Positions 19,501 through 40,242 of a stretch of DNA of 64,000 bases are shown here, one piece after another (position 1 is the stretch's first letter; each line of letters begins with the position of its first letter). This DNA is from the human T2T-CHM13v2.0 reference genome, Homo sapiens. The notes beneath the pieces were generated by a model. The model worked only from the letters and a program-made list of their open reading frames with translations. It was not told where the DNA came from and did no database searches. The position numbers and the translations under genes were made by a program. The DNA lies in NCBI RefSeq assembly GCF_009914755.1, contig NC_060941.1; one strand, 5' to 3'.

Positions 19501-21027
19501 TCAAAAAATATAAAAATAAAAATAAAATAACACTGTTTTGTTGCATCAGCTGTGCCCGATCAGCTGAGCTTCTTCCCAGTCCCTGCCCCACTTTGAGTAT
19601 GCTTAATGTATGGAGCCTGTCACCAACTGAATGCCCTAATTTAACGTAATCCCACTCCAAGCATTCCAGCTTCTCAGAGCTGTGACAACCTCCCCTTTCT
19701 GCCCCTCCCTGGTGCCTGCAACCTGCCCCACATCATCCTCTCCCAATCAGGCTGAATTGTTTGATTTTGTTTTCACTGTGGGGGTGACCATTATAGCATG
19801 ATCTTATTCATTTATTTGATGGCTTTTAATTTAAATCATACAATGTATGCAGGTAGAAAAATCCAAGCAGTGCAGAAAGACATTAAATGAAAGGCCTACA
19901 GTAGATAATATTTGGAGCAGCCAATGAAGTCTCTTTGTCACCATCATCAAACCCCTGTGTAAGCATTATCCTGCCCCACCACTCAGGCCTCAGTGACAGC
20001 TCTCCTTAGTCACAGCCCTAAATTGGGGGTGGGTATGAACAATAGACAATATAAGTCAGCTGCATTTCTGAATGGATTTTCAAACCTCTAACAAAAGCGA
20101 ACTCCTGAAAGCCAAAAGGTGATTCTAGATGGCAAGAGTCAGGCCACAGAGGAGAGAAAAGATTTTTTGAATTTCAAAGGTTTGACTTTCAACACCAACA
20201 GCCAACGTTTCCAGGATGCAGATCATAGAGGTGACTGCCTAAAGCTGAGTCCAGAAATAAGAAATAAGACAATAATCCAATGCTAGCCTCACTGCATTGC
20301 AGAATGAGATACAGTTCCACTGGGGAAAGAGACAGGAGGATCAGAAAGTGAGTCATCGGTGTGGTTCATTGTAAAAGGGATCAGAGCTCTGTCCACTGAT
20401 AGGGTCGAACTTCTGGGAACAAGGATGATTGAATGTGCATGGGGTTGGGGTTGAACAGAGCAGAAGGGGTTGTGCTTTGCTTCTCAGGTGAAGGGCAGGC
20501 AAAAGACATCAGGGAGACGCCCTTGCAGCAGCAGGCACCAGTGACAGAAGGCAGGGATGACAGCTGGTGTGTGGGCAAAGGGAGCCGAAGAAAAACTCTG
20601 AATCTCCCATCACCCCAAAGAGCAGCAAGAGAGTTATCTAAAGATTCCTGCATCCTCAGAGGTTTGTGTAAGAGGTAAGGTTGAGCCAGCAGACACACAG
20701 GCATGGTACATGCGGCAGGGGGGATGCAGGGTGACCTGTGTGACCAGGAGCCTGCAGAACAGAAAGAAGTGTGGACAGCTCAGGGGAGGAAGAGAGAGAA
20801 GGAGAAGCAGACACCTGCAAGGAGAAGGCCCCACTCCAAAGAGATACATCATCCCCAAGAAAAACAGGGCGAAGAGGGAAAGGAGAGAATCCAGAATTGA
20901 CCGAGGCCAAAAAGGACAGAAAATCTAGCAGTGACTGGTGATTCAGAGTCGGCCAGGTGGTTTTCTGCTGTTAGCGATAATGTGTGCACCAGAGCACTGC
21001 CAGGGTCTGGCAGAGAGAACTAAGTAA

Positions 21028-21622
<595 letters not shown>

Positions 21623-21815
21623 CTAGATTCCACATATAAGTAAGATCATGGCTCATTTGAAGGATGAGTAGATTCTAAACCAGGGGAAGATGGGGACTAC
21701 CAAGGTGATCGTGAAGGTCAGTGGAGCAGCATCCGGGTCAGGGACAGAGGAGTGAACTCGGACCGTGAAGGCAAAGCTGAGCAGAGTGCCAGCCACAGGC
21801 GGATGGTGCAGTCAC

Positions 21816-21921
21816 CTGAAATGTGTCCCATCATCTGAGTCGTCCCTCATTCCCAAGCTCCCACATATTCACAGAGGCCCATCCTGACATATATGCTGCC
21901 TTTGAAGGTCTGGACAAATAC
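21816..21921 (-). pseudogene. Pseudo-exon: CRD exon 2 homolog
   Basis: cag|...|gtgact. Reads VFVQTFKGSIYVRMGLCEYVGAWE* vs CLEC10[26 protein letters not shown]. 106 nt vs 107 nt. Confidence 0.85.
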
Positions 21922-21992
21922 CTGAGACACACATGGGTGGTGTTGACTTCTCTCCACCCCAGATGTAGGTGCTCCTAGGCTGGGGATCTCAT

Positions 21993-22144
21993 CAGCTCTT
22001 CCTGGAGTGGACGGCAACCAGGTGGGGGTTCTCCAGCTGGTGGAGTGTTCTCAGCCTCGGGCCAAAATGCCTAAAAGCAGGATGGCCGGTGGCAGCTGTC
22101 TTTGGGCTCTAACCAGCTCCCAGGGCAGAAGGTTCCCATGGAGC
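21993..22144 (-). pseudogene. Pseudo-exon: CRD exon 1 homolog
   Basis: Reads SSMGTFCPGSWLEPKDSCHRPSCF*AFWPEAEN(fs)QLENPHLVAVHS vs ASGR2 [47 protein letters not shown]. Donor decayed to ATGAG. Confidence 0.88.
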
Positions 22145-22220
22145 CTGATGGATAGAGGCCAGGTTCCCGTGGGGGAGGGCAACATGGCAGGATGAAGGCT
22201 GGGCATGGAGCCCTCCTCAC

Positions 22221-22308
22221 TGAGGCTCTCAAGGGCAGCCATGTTACAGATCAGGTCATTGCAGGTCAGTCACCAGCTGCAGGACTTGGGGGAACATGGT
22301 CATCTATC
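22221..22308 (-). pseudogene. Pseudo-exon: last neck exon homolog
   Basis: Acceptor context cccactgcccatctgtgtatgtccccag matches CLEC10A. Reads G*MTMFPQVLQLVTDL(fs)NDLICNMAALES. 88 vs 87 nt; donor gtgagg. Confidence 0.85.
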
Positions 22309-22449
22309 CTGGGGACATACACAGATGGGCAGTGGGGGACAGCAAAGGTCCCAGGAGGTCAGACACCCCTAATCCCTTCAACAGTGCCTTGGCCTGGCCC
22401 TAGCAGCTCTCAAACTCTCCACACACAACATTGCAAGGTGGTCTCGAAC

Positions 22450-22522
22450 CTGCTGAGTTCCTGCTCCTGCTTCTCCAGCTTGTTCTCCACACTGTACCAT
22501 GTAGTGTCACTCACACTGCAGG
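22450..22522 (-). pseudogene. Pseudo-exon: second (extra) neck-repeat exon
   Basis: cag|...|gttcga, 73 nt. Reads ACSVSDTTWYSVENKLEKQEQELS, a heptad neck repeat. Confidence 0.7.
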
Positions 22523-22627
22523 CTGGAGGGGTTCAGTGGCTCAGCACTCACAAGGCTGCTCCCACCCATGCCTTTGTCCTGAGAGCCCACCAGACACTTC
22601 CACCCACGCTCCTTGGGGGTCTCTCAC

Positions 22628-22699
22628 CTGCTTGCAGTTCCCGTTCATGTTTCTGTAACTTGATTTCCAGAGCAGTCACCATTTTTTGCAAGCTTCCAC
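22628..22699 (-). pseudogene. Pseudo-exon: neck exon (CLEC10A exon 5 homolog), frame intact
   Basis: 72 nt, cag|...|gtgaga. Reads GGSLQKMVTALEIKLQKHERELQA; 42/72 nt identical to CLEC10A 33405-33476. Confidence 0.85.
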
Positions 22700-22777
22700 C
22701 TGGAAGATAAGGGAACTCAGTCCCCACGAGTCAGTTCCCCCCACTCCCCACCCAGCCTCACTCCAAGCCAGGCTCAC

Positions 22778-22871
22778 CCTGGGAATTCAGTGCCAGAACC
22801 TCACCCACGTTGCTTGACATGAAAGGGCTGAAAAATTTTCAGGGACTGCAGGTCCATCTGATGTGGAGAAA
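22778..22871 (-). pseudogene. Pseudo-exon: CLEC10A exon 4 homolog
   Basis: 94 nt vs 96 nt. Reads SPHQMDLQSLK(fs)FFSPFMSSNVGEVLALNSQ vs SKFQRDLVTLRTDFSNFTSNTVAEIQALTSQ. Donor gtgagc. Confidence 0.85.
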
Positions 22872-23262
22872 CTGATCAGGTGGGGAATGTGTTTGGGGTG
22901 TTCAGACCTGAGATTCATCAGGTGGCCTCTGTGCCAGCACTGAGCAGGGCACTCACACACAGTGTCTCCTTCAGTCCTCACAGTCACCCAGCAGGGCAGG
23001 CACTATCGTAGTCCTGATGTTATAAAGGATGAAACTAAGGCTTAGAGAGGTAACGTGATCTGTCCGTGTTGTACAACTAGTAAGAAAGAGCCAGGATTCA
23101 AGGTTCTGGTGTGTTTGACTACAAAACACCTAGTGCCTCCTCATGGATCCATCACCATCATCATCACAGCCCAACACTGCCCTCATGTCTCTCCCACAGT
23201 TGCCACACAGCTGGCCCAAAGCTGCCCTCATCACTGTCCCCAAACACTCTGCCATAATTGCC

Positions 23263-26000
<2,738 letters not shown>

Positions 26001-26157
26001 CTGTCCCACCACTGCTCCAACACTTTTGCAAGATTTTTTCTTGCAAAAAAAAGACTTTTTCTCTGACCATCCATCACTAAACCTGTACCTCACCATTACC
26101 ACCACACCACTACACCCCATTATTTCTGTCTTCTCTGTCCACCCCTGTGACCCTCAC

Positions 26158-26273
26158 TTTGGGATCGGACCACACAGATGACAACCAGGAGCAGGAGGCC
26201 GAGGCACAGGGACAGCAGGAGGAGGCAGTCCCAGAGTGCAGATGCTGCAGGAGGGCCTGGGGAGGAGGCAGCC
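26158..26273 (-). pseudogene. Pseudo-exon: transmembrane exon homolog with a 1-nt deletion
   Basis: 116 vs 117 nt. Reads GLPPPQALLQHLHSG(fs)CLLLLSLCLGLLLLVVICVVRSQ vs CLEC10[40 protein letters not shown]. Donor gtgagg; acceptor is GAG. Confidence 0.92.
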
Positions 26274-27046
26274 CTCAGGAGGAGGGGGTGTCAAGACGAG
26301 GAGCGTCCAGGACATGACAGAGACGGGAAGAGGAGAGGGGCCAGGGAGCTGTCTAGAGAGGAGGGCTGAGCATAAAGGACACCAGGAAAGGGCGGGATGG
26401 GAAGGATTTCAGGGTGGGGGATGCCCAGGCCTTTGACCTCAGGGACCAGCACAAGTCCTCAGTCACACAGGCCCCTCACACCCGTGGGGACCACCAAACA
26501 CACACACACAGATGGGGGATAATGGAGATATGTGAGGTCCCATGGTCAGAGCTGGGGAAGGGGCAGAAGGACACAGGGAGAGCTGGGGGCAGCCAGGCCC
26601 TTCATAGGCTCACGCTCATCTGTGAAAGCAGGTGAAATTATGGTCTTCCTTTGAAGACTTTCCTAAATAACCCATGTTTTTCCTGCTTCCTGTCCCTGTG
26701 CCACTGAGGACCCTAACTCCCCTGAAGACTAGGACCACAGAGGCCAGGCCCTGAACCCTCAGAGAGGGGGATCTCCACAGTCCATACTGGAGTCACAGAA
26801 ATGACCAAAACCAGGAGCCCTGGAGCTACAGCACAGGGGAGACATGAGAAACCCCTCATTGCAGATAGAGGCATTGTCGGCCGGGCGCGGTGGCTCACGC
26901 CTATAATCCCTGCACTTTGGGAGGCCAAGGATCACCTGAGGTTGGGAGTTCGAGACCAGCCTGACCAACGTGCAGAAACCCCGTCTCTACTAAAAATATG
27001 AAATTAGCCAGGCATGGTGGCGCATACCTGTAATCCCAGCTACTCA

Positions 27047-27337
<291 letters not shown>

Positions 27338-27763
27338 TTACTGTCTCTGAGAGAGGCACCATCCTTAGACTAGACCTCCTGGGCTTCACACTTTAGAGGG
27401 CCCTCACTGGCCCTCCTGTGACTCCATCCCTTCCTGTGGGACTGGGAATCTCCAGGGCCAAGGTGATGTGCTCACCCCAAGCCATACCTGCCCTTCTAGA
27501 CCATCCTCTGGGTACCTGGGAGCCCAGATCGTCCACCCAGGCAGCTGTACACCTGTCTTCCCCGGGCCTGTCCCCTGGGTGGCAGACCCTGCTCCTGGTG
27601 TGCCCACCCTGAGGCTCAAGTGGTAGCCATGGGCAGGGGTTGGGGGGGTGAATGGAGGGTGTGGACCATGCTGAAGGTGTCCTCACGTGTCCCCCAGGCT
27701 CCTCAAGGTGCAAGACTGAGCTGAGGGAAGGGAGCAAAGGGAAGTGAGCTCAAGAGGAACTAG

Positions 27764-28014
<251 letters not shown>

Positions 28015-28275
28015 TAGTAGAGACAGGTTTCACCATGTTGGCCAGGATGGTCTTGATCTCTTGAACTCACGATCCGCCTGCCTCAGCCTCCCAAAGTGCT
28101 GGGATCACAGGTGTGAGCCACTGCACCCGGCCCAATTTTTTATTTTTAGTAGAGACGGGGTTTCGCCATGTTGGCCAGGCTGGTCTCGAACTCCTGACCT
28201 CAGGTGATCCACCCACCTCAGCCTCCCAAAGTGCTGGGATTACAGGCGTGAGCCGCCGCACCTGGCCTGTCATAC

Positions 28276-28409
28276 CTTTTCTAAGATCATGTTCCTTCTC
28301 ACTCTCTAAGCACTTGAGGTCTTCATACTTCATTGACATCCTTGGCCCAAGTGGTCTCTGTGGCTGCAGGAGCTGAGATGGAGGCAGAGAAAGGACTCCG
28401 AGGGGGAGC
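28276..28409 (-). pseudogene. Pseudo-exon: first coding exon homolog (cytoplasmic tail)
   Basis: ttatttcag| acceptor, ATG at 28339, reads [22 protein letters not shown], donor |gtatga, phase 1 as in CLEC10A. YEDL corresponds to the YENF endocytosis motif. Confidence 0.88.
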
Positions 28410-30230
28410 CTGAAATAAGGGCTGGAGGTGGGTGTGGAGCTGGTTTTGAGGTAGGAAGTGAGGATTCGATAGAGGCTGAGCCAGGCGTGAGGACTAGGAA
28501 TGTGGCTGGGGGCTGGGTTTGCAGGTGAGGTTGAAACAGCGATCACAATTGGGGTTGTATCTGGGGTTAGGATGGGGTTGACTTACTTGGGGCTAAAAAT
28601 CAGATTGGGTCTCAGGCTAAGATTGTAGACAGGGCTCCTTTGGAGTTGGGTCTGAGTTTGGGGCTGAGATTGGAAACATGTGGGATGGAGCATGGGGGTG
28701 TAGTACAGCTAGGCTGGAGCTGCAGTGGGGACAGAGATTGAATTTAGGGATGAATTTAGAGCCGACATTGGGACTGCAGTTGGGGCTGGAACTGGGATTG
28801 TATTGGTTTGGGGCTGTCCAACCCAATCTGGAAGTCAGTGGAGAGATCATTTCAATCTCCTCCAATAACTAGTTCAATCTGTGATCCATCTTCCCAGTTA
28901 TTTCCACCTATAACACAAAGTCGCCCTCTCCATATTTTCCCTAATGCCCTCCCTGCCTCCGCCGTCCAGTTACCTGTACAAAACTAGAGAATGTAATTGT
29001 TTGCTTTCTTAGGTAGCAGAATTACCAGGTCAGGAAATTCTAGAGGGAACTGACTTGTATTGGTTCTCCTGCTCCCCTCTACATTCTGTGGCCCTGGTAG
29101 AACTGTGATCTCACGCTCCTGCTGGGTGGCTTCTCTCCCATGATCCAAAATCTTTCAGACCCAGGGGAGAGAGGCACAGAGCTGCTTGGGTGGATGATCT
29201 GGGTGGATGTTCTTTACTTTTGTGCCTTCAGGCTTCAGAGTGGTGATGTCTCTGCTATTCTTAGCCACAGGGACTTCACCAACTTTTGTTGGCTTCCTCA
29301 ACCCTGCTCACACTCTGTAAATGTCATTAAACTCTTTTCAATAAACCCTTTTGTGGCCAAGCACTGCAGCTCATACCTGTAATCCTAGCAGTTTGGGAGG
29401 CCAAGGCAGGACAATCGCTTGAGCCCAGGAGTTTGAAACCACCCTGGGCAACATAGTGAGACCCTATCTCTACAAAAAATAAACTTAGCCAGGCATGGGG
29501 GCACACATCTATAGTCTCAGCTACTCAGGAGGCTGAGAAGAGAGGATTGCTTGAGTCCAGGAGTTCAAGGCTGCAGTGAGCTATGATCGCACCACTGCAT
29601 TCTAGCCTGGGTGACAGAACAAGAACCTGTCTCTCTATATATATATGTAGAGAGAGAGAAAGAGAAATAAATCCTTTGGTTTTGACACCTGTATCTTGCT
29701 GGAACTGATTAAAAAAAAACCCTTTGAATAAAATTATAAATGTTTACTATGGTACACAGAAAAATAAAAAAGAATAAACTCCATTTGGAAGTCTAACAGG
29801 CTCCTCAAACTCAACATGTTCAAAATAAAGCTTCTTATCTCCTCATCCCACCCACAAAACCAGCTTCTCACACGGTCTTCCCATCTTAATTAACTGGGAC
29901 TCCATCCTTCTAGGTTTTCAAGCCCCAAACCTGGAATTATCCTTGACTTTCTCATTTTCCCAAACCCCTCAGACAACCCATCAGCAAATCCTGACAGCTA
30001 ATTCAGACATTCCTATATGCCAGGGAGCTTTCTGGGTACAGTAATACAGCAATGAATGGGTCCTGCCATCCCTTAATGAACTTAAAAAGTTGGTTCTTAA
30101 TAGCTGAAATGCAGCTGGGTGTGGTGGCTCATGCCTGTAATCCCAGCACTTTGGGAGGCCGAGGCGGGCTGATCACCTGAGGTCGGGAGTTGGAGACCAG
30201 CCTGACCAACCTGGAGAAACCCCATCTCTA

Positions 30231-30972
<742 letters not shown>

Positions 30973-31487
30973 CCTGGGGATCTTATCTACATCTCCCAAC
31001 AACTCTGGGATCTTCAGAGAAATTAAACAATGGCTTTTCCTAATCACCCTAAGTTTATACCATCTTTAAGTGACAGAAAAGATTTGAACTCAAATCTATA
31101 TGAGAAGAAAATGCTATTTTCTCAATCACATAGGACTTTCGAAGGCTTCACCTGGCTTCTCCACTCTGCCATTTTTAGATTGCCAAAAATCAAGCAACAC
31201 AAAGTACGTAAGTTCTCACGAGAGTATATATTCACTTATATGAAGTATATACACGAGAGTGTATGATTTCACTTATATGAAGTTCTAGAAGCTCTAGAAG
31301 AGGCAAGGCCAATAAATAGTGAAAAAGAAGTAGATCACTGGCCTGGAAACAGGGAAGTGGTTGGACTGCCCAGAGGCATGAGGGGACTGGTGGGGGCGAT
31401 GGCAATGTTATCTATTGCGATCGGAGTGGTAGTCACCTAGGCATGCATATTTGTCAAAGTCATCTCTACTCTTTAAATGAGTGCATT

Positions 31488-31493
31488 TTTATT
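31488..31493 (-). terminator. CLEC10A: Candidate CLEC10A polyadenylation signal AATAAA
   Basis: tttatt on the + strand about 230 nt past the stop codon, inside an old L1M-type 3' fragment (~31200-31545). Confidence 0.6.
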
Positions 31494-31725
31494 ATGTAAA
31501 AATTATACCTTCATGAAGTTGACTTTCAAAAGTTGGAAAAAAAATAAAAGCTTAAGAACACTATACCATCTTTTTAAAATTAAAGAGAAAAAAATTCAAA
31601 ATGTTAGCAGTGCTTCCAATCTCCCAGTGCTTATTTCTCTCCCAGAGCGGTCTTGCGAGGAGGTCGTGAGAAGAGTCCTCCTCCCACCGCCATTTCTGTG
31701 GCCGGGTGGTCCCACCAAAGGCAGC

Positions 31726-35484
<3,759 letters not shown>

Positions 35485-36040
35485 GCTTGGGCCAACACGG
35501 CTCTGAGGTTGTCACAGCTGAAATGGAGGCAGGGCCGGCGCCCAGTCTGGGGTGGAGCTGGGGAATAGGAGGTTGGGACTAAGTTGGAGCCAAGGGCAGG
35601 GCTGACGTTGAGTTGGGAGATGAGGCTCAGGTTGAGAATGAGCCCAGGGTTAAGACGGAAATGAGCCTGGGTTTGCAGTCGAGTTAGAATTGGGGTCGAG
35701 TTGAGTTTGGGAGTGAAACTGGAGGGTAACGTTGGAGCTAAACGCATTGCTAGGACTACCCAGTGGGCCAGTTAATCAGGCAGGACTGGAGGTTGTATCT
35801 CATGCTAGGATTGGGGTCAGTATGCACGTTGGAGCCATGGATGGAATTGGGGTTAACTTTGGTGGTGAATTTGGAAACAGAATAGAGTCGAGGTTCAATT
35901 TTGGCTTTGGGCTGGTGTTAAAATTCAAGTTGATTCTGGGGTTGGGGTTGAAGTAGGAGCTGGGTGGGGGGCGACAGGTGCGGTGGCTCACGCCTATAAA
36001 TCCCAGCACTTTGGGAGACCGAAGCAGACAGATCACTTTA

Positions 36041-36388
<348 letters not shown>

Positions 36389-36399
36389 TTATTTTTTGA

Positions 36400-36540
<141 letters not shown>

Positions 36541-36723
36541 TAACCCAATCTAGAATCCAGTGAAGGGAACAGAGTCTCAAATCTCCACGTAGTAATTAAA
36601 CCCCACACTGCCGCCTTATATTTATTTTCATTTAGTCCCACCCAAGACCCAAAGTCCCCCTCTCCCTGCTTCCTCTGACATCCCCTGTCCCCTGGGTCTC
36701 ACCGGCACCGGCAGCACCATTAC

Positions 36724-36900
36724 CTGTGGGAGGTCTGGAGGGTGTGATTCCCACGTTGGTTGTGCTGCAAGGACCAGAGGTGGGACGTCACTCAGAGTTG
36801 GGAGCGCTGTGTCCTGGAGAGCTGGGGTAGAGGTGACTGGAGTCCTGCTGGTCTTGGGTCTGAAATCCCAGGAGCCCTATCATCTGGGACATCCCATCTC
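36724..36900 (-). other. CLEC10A: CLEC10A non-coding exon 1 (5' boundary approximate)
   Basis: Donor CCACAG|gtaatg at 36724/36723, in unique sequence directly below the ETS/IRF motif cluster. Confidence 0.7.
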
Positions 36901-37009
36901 CTCAACTTTAGACAGTAAATGAGAATGAACAGGGATTAGAACACACAGAGACCATGTGTGGGTGGGGAGAGTTGGGTTTGAGGCCAGCTCTGTTCTCCTC
37001 CTCCAGGCC

Positions 37010-37150
37010 ATGCCTACTTCCTTTCCTCTTCTCGGAGCTTCCTCATTTTTACCATCTGGGAGCAGGGCTGGATCAGAGGTACAATCTGCTGTTGCTCCTC
37101 TACCCTACACTTCCTTTCACTTCCTGCCTCTACATTTCCCAGAATTGTTG
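37010..37150 (-). promoter_or_regulatory. CLEC10A: CLEC10A proximal promoter motif cluster (ETS/PU.1, EICE, GAS)
   Basis: GGAAGTGAAA (EICE) at 37115-37124; extra GGAAG cores at ~37016, ~37038 and 37108-37114; TTCCCAGAA at 37136-37144. Confidence 0.6.
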
Positions 37151-38766
37151 GGTCTCCATCATCGCACCTCTGATCCTAGAGAAGCCCAGTCTGTTCTCTT
37201 GCTCAATCCTGGCCTGAGTCCCTGGCATCAGCATCCTCTGGGTCCCAGTCATTCGGCTGCTCAGCTGTGGCCTCGCTCGCCTCACTCCACTCGGAAGGAG
37301 GGAAGGGGGTGCCAGAGAATAGAACTTCTTGGCCCTAATAGGACGGGAGAAGCCAAGGAAAAGAGCAAATTTTATTGAGTAATCTGTGATAGGATTATGC
37401 CAGACATTTACCTTCCACAACCATTCCCCCCAAGCACCTGGGGAGGCATTTTGGATGACGGACTAAAGGCTCAGAGCCCAAGATCACTCACAGCTTGTAA
37501 GGAGACAGTTTGGCACCCTGCTCTGGCTCTCAGCACAGGCGCTGTCTTCATGAACAGGATTCCATTTCATCCCATGATCCCTGCTCAACCCCTAAGGGAG
37601 CTGCCCTGAATCCACGCGCACATCCCTTTCAGTAGGAAGGAAACTGAGTATCTTACAAGGTGGAGAAGGAGAAGAAATACATTTTAGGTTATATTTTGTA
37701 TGTACATGGGGTTGTGTTCTGCTATGTGCTTTTTTTTTTTTTTTTTGGAGTTAACAAGCTATCAGGAACATTTCTCCACATCAGTTTATAAAATGTACTT
37801 GATCTACCTGCACCTCATTTCATCATAGGCACCGTAATTTATTTATTTAGCATTTCTCTATTGACAGAAATAAATCAGAAATTTAAGTTGTTTCTTTTTC
37901 TTTTCTTTTTTATTTTATTTATTTATTTATTTTTTTGAGACAGAGTCTCACTCTGTTGCCCAGGCTGGAGTGCAGTGACACAATCTCGGCTACTGCATCT
38001 CCTGGGTTTAAGCGATTCTCCTGCCTCAGCCTCCCGAGTAGCCGAGATTACAGGTCCCGCCACCACACCCAGCTAATTCTTGTATTTTTAGTAGAGAGGG
38101 GTTTCACCATATTGGCCAGGCTGGTCTTGACCTCCTGACCTCACATGATCTGCCCGCCTCAGCCTCCCAAAGTGCAGGGATTACAGGCGCGAGCCACCGC
38201 ACCCGGCCAGGTCGTTGCCAGTTTTGTTTTTATTTGGTATTCGGTATTTTGATTAGTATATGTCGCAGGTTCGGTTTTTGGAAGCCAAGGTTGAGGCTGA
38301 ATTTGGGGTACAAGCTATTTATTAGGGATTAGCACTTCGAAAAGGAAAGTGGATGAAATGGTGCTGGGCAGAGGGAGAAGCCCAGCACTTTGGAGAGCTT
38401 CAACCAAACCAACAGGGAGCTCTGGGTTCAAACAATGCCACCCCCGGGAGCTGTCCAGCATTGGACTGCCACAGGGTCCTGTAGAGCACCAGCTCCTTCG
38501 GTCACTGGCAGTCAGCCCTGACATGGGTGTGACCTCAGGAAGCAGCTGTCTGCAGGTTACACTCCCCACAGTGGGTCACCACATCCTTCCTAGAAGGGGG
38601 ACCTGGGTAGCTCTCTGTGTGTCTACCACAGTCTTGCAGTGTATTCACATATTAATTTGGAGATAATCAACATTTTGACATTGTTGAATCTTCCATGAAA
38701 AGAACATGATATTTCTCCATTCACTAACTTTTTTTTTTCAGTCTGGTTCAGTGGGTTTGAAGCTTC

Positions 38767-39236
38767 TTTTTTTTTTTTTAGTTCTGGGATACATGTGCAG
38801 AATGTGCAGGTTTGTTACGTAGGTATACGTGTGCCATGGTGGTTTGCTGCACCTATCAACCCATCACCTAGGTTTTAAGGCCCGCATACATTAGGTATTT
38901 GTCCTAATGCTCTCCCTCCCCTTGCCGCCCACCCCCTGACAGACCCTGGTGTGTGATGTTCCCCTCCCTGTATCCATGTGTTCTCATTGTTCAGCTCCCG
39001 GTTATGAGTGAGAACATGCGGTGTTTGGTGTTCTGTTCCTGTGTTACTTTGCTGAGAATGATGGTTTCCAGCTTCATCTATGTCCCTGCAAAGGACATGA
39101 ACTCATTCTTTTTTATGGCTGCATAGTATTCCATGGTGTATATGTGCCACAATTTCCTTATCCAGTCTATCATTGATGGGCATTTGGGTTGGTTCCAAGT
39201 CTTTCCTATTGTAAATAGTTCTGCAATAAACATACG
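38767..39236 (-). mobile_element. L1PA-type 3' end fragment
   Basis: gggatacatgtgcagaatgtgcaggtttgttac...gagtgagaacatgcggtgtttgg... Confidence 0.85.
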
Positions 39237-39509
39237 TCCAATCACTCTTATACACATTTATTCATCCATTTGAGTACTTATTGAGTCTACGGCATGCCAA
39301 GCACTTTCCTTCCCAAGAGGCAGAGTTCAGGAGTTCAAAAGTAAACAGACAAAAAAGTCCTGCCTTCATAGAGCTTACCTTCTAGTGGGTCACCAATAAA
39401 CAAAATAAATGAGTAAAATATACATAAGCCACATGGCAATAGTGCTTTGCGGAAAAAGAGCAGGGATATGAGATAGGGTTGATTTTTAATGTCCCTCAAG
39501 AATAGGGCA

Positions 39510-40242
<733 letters not shown>

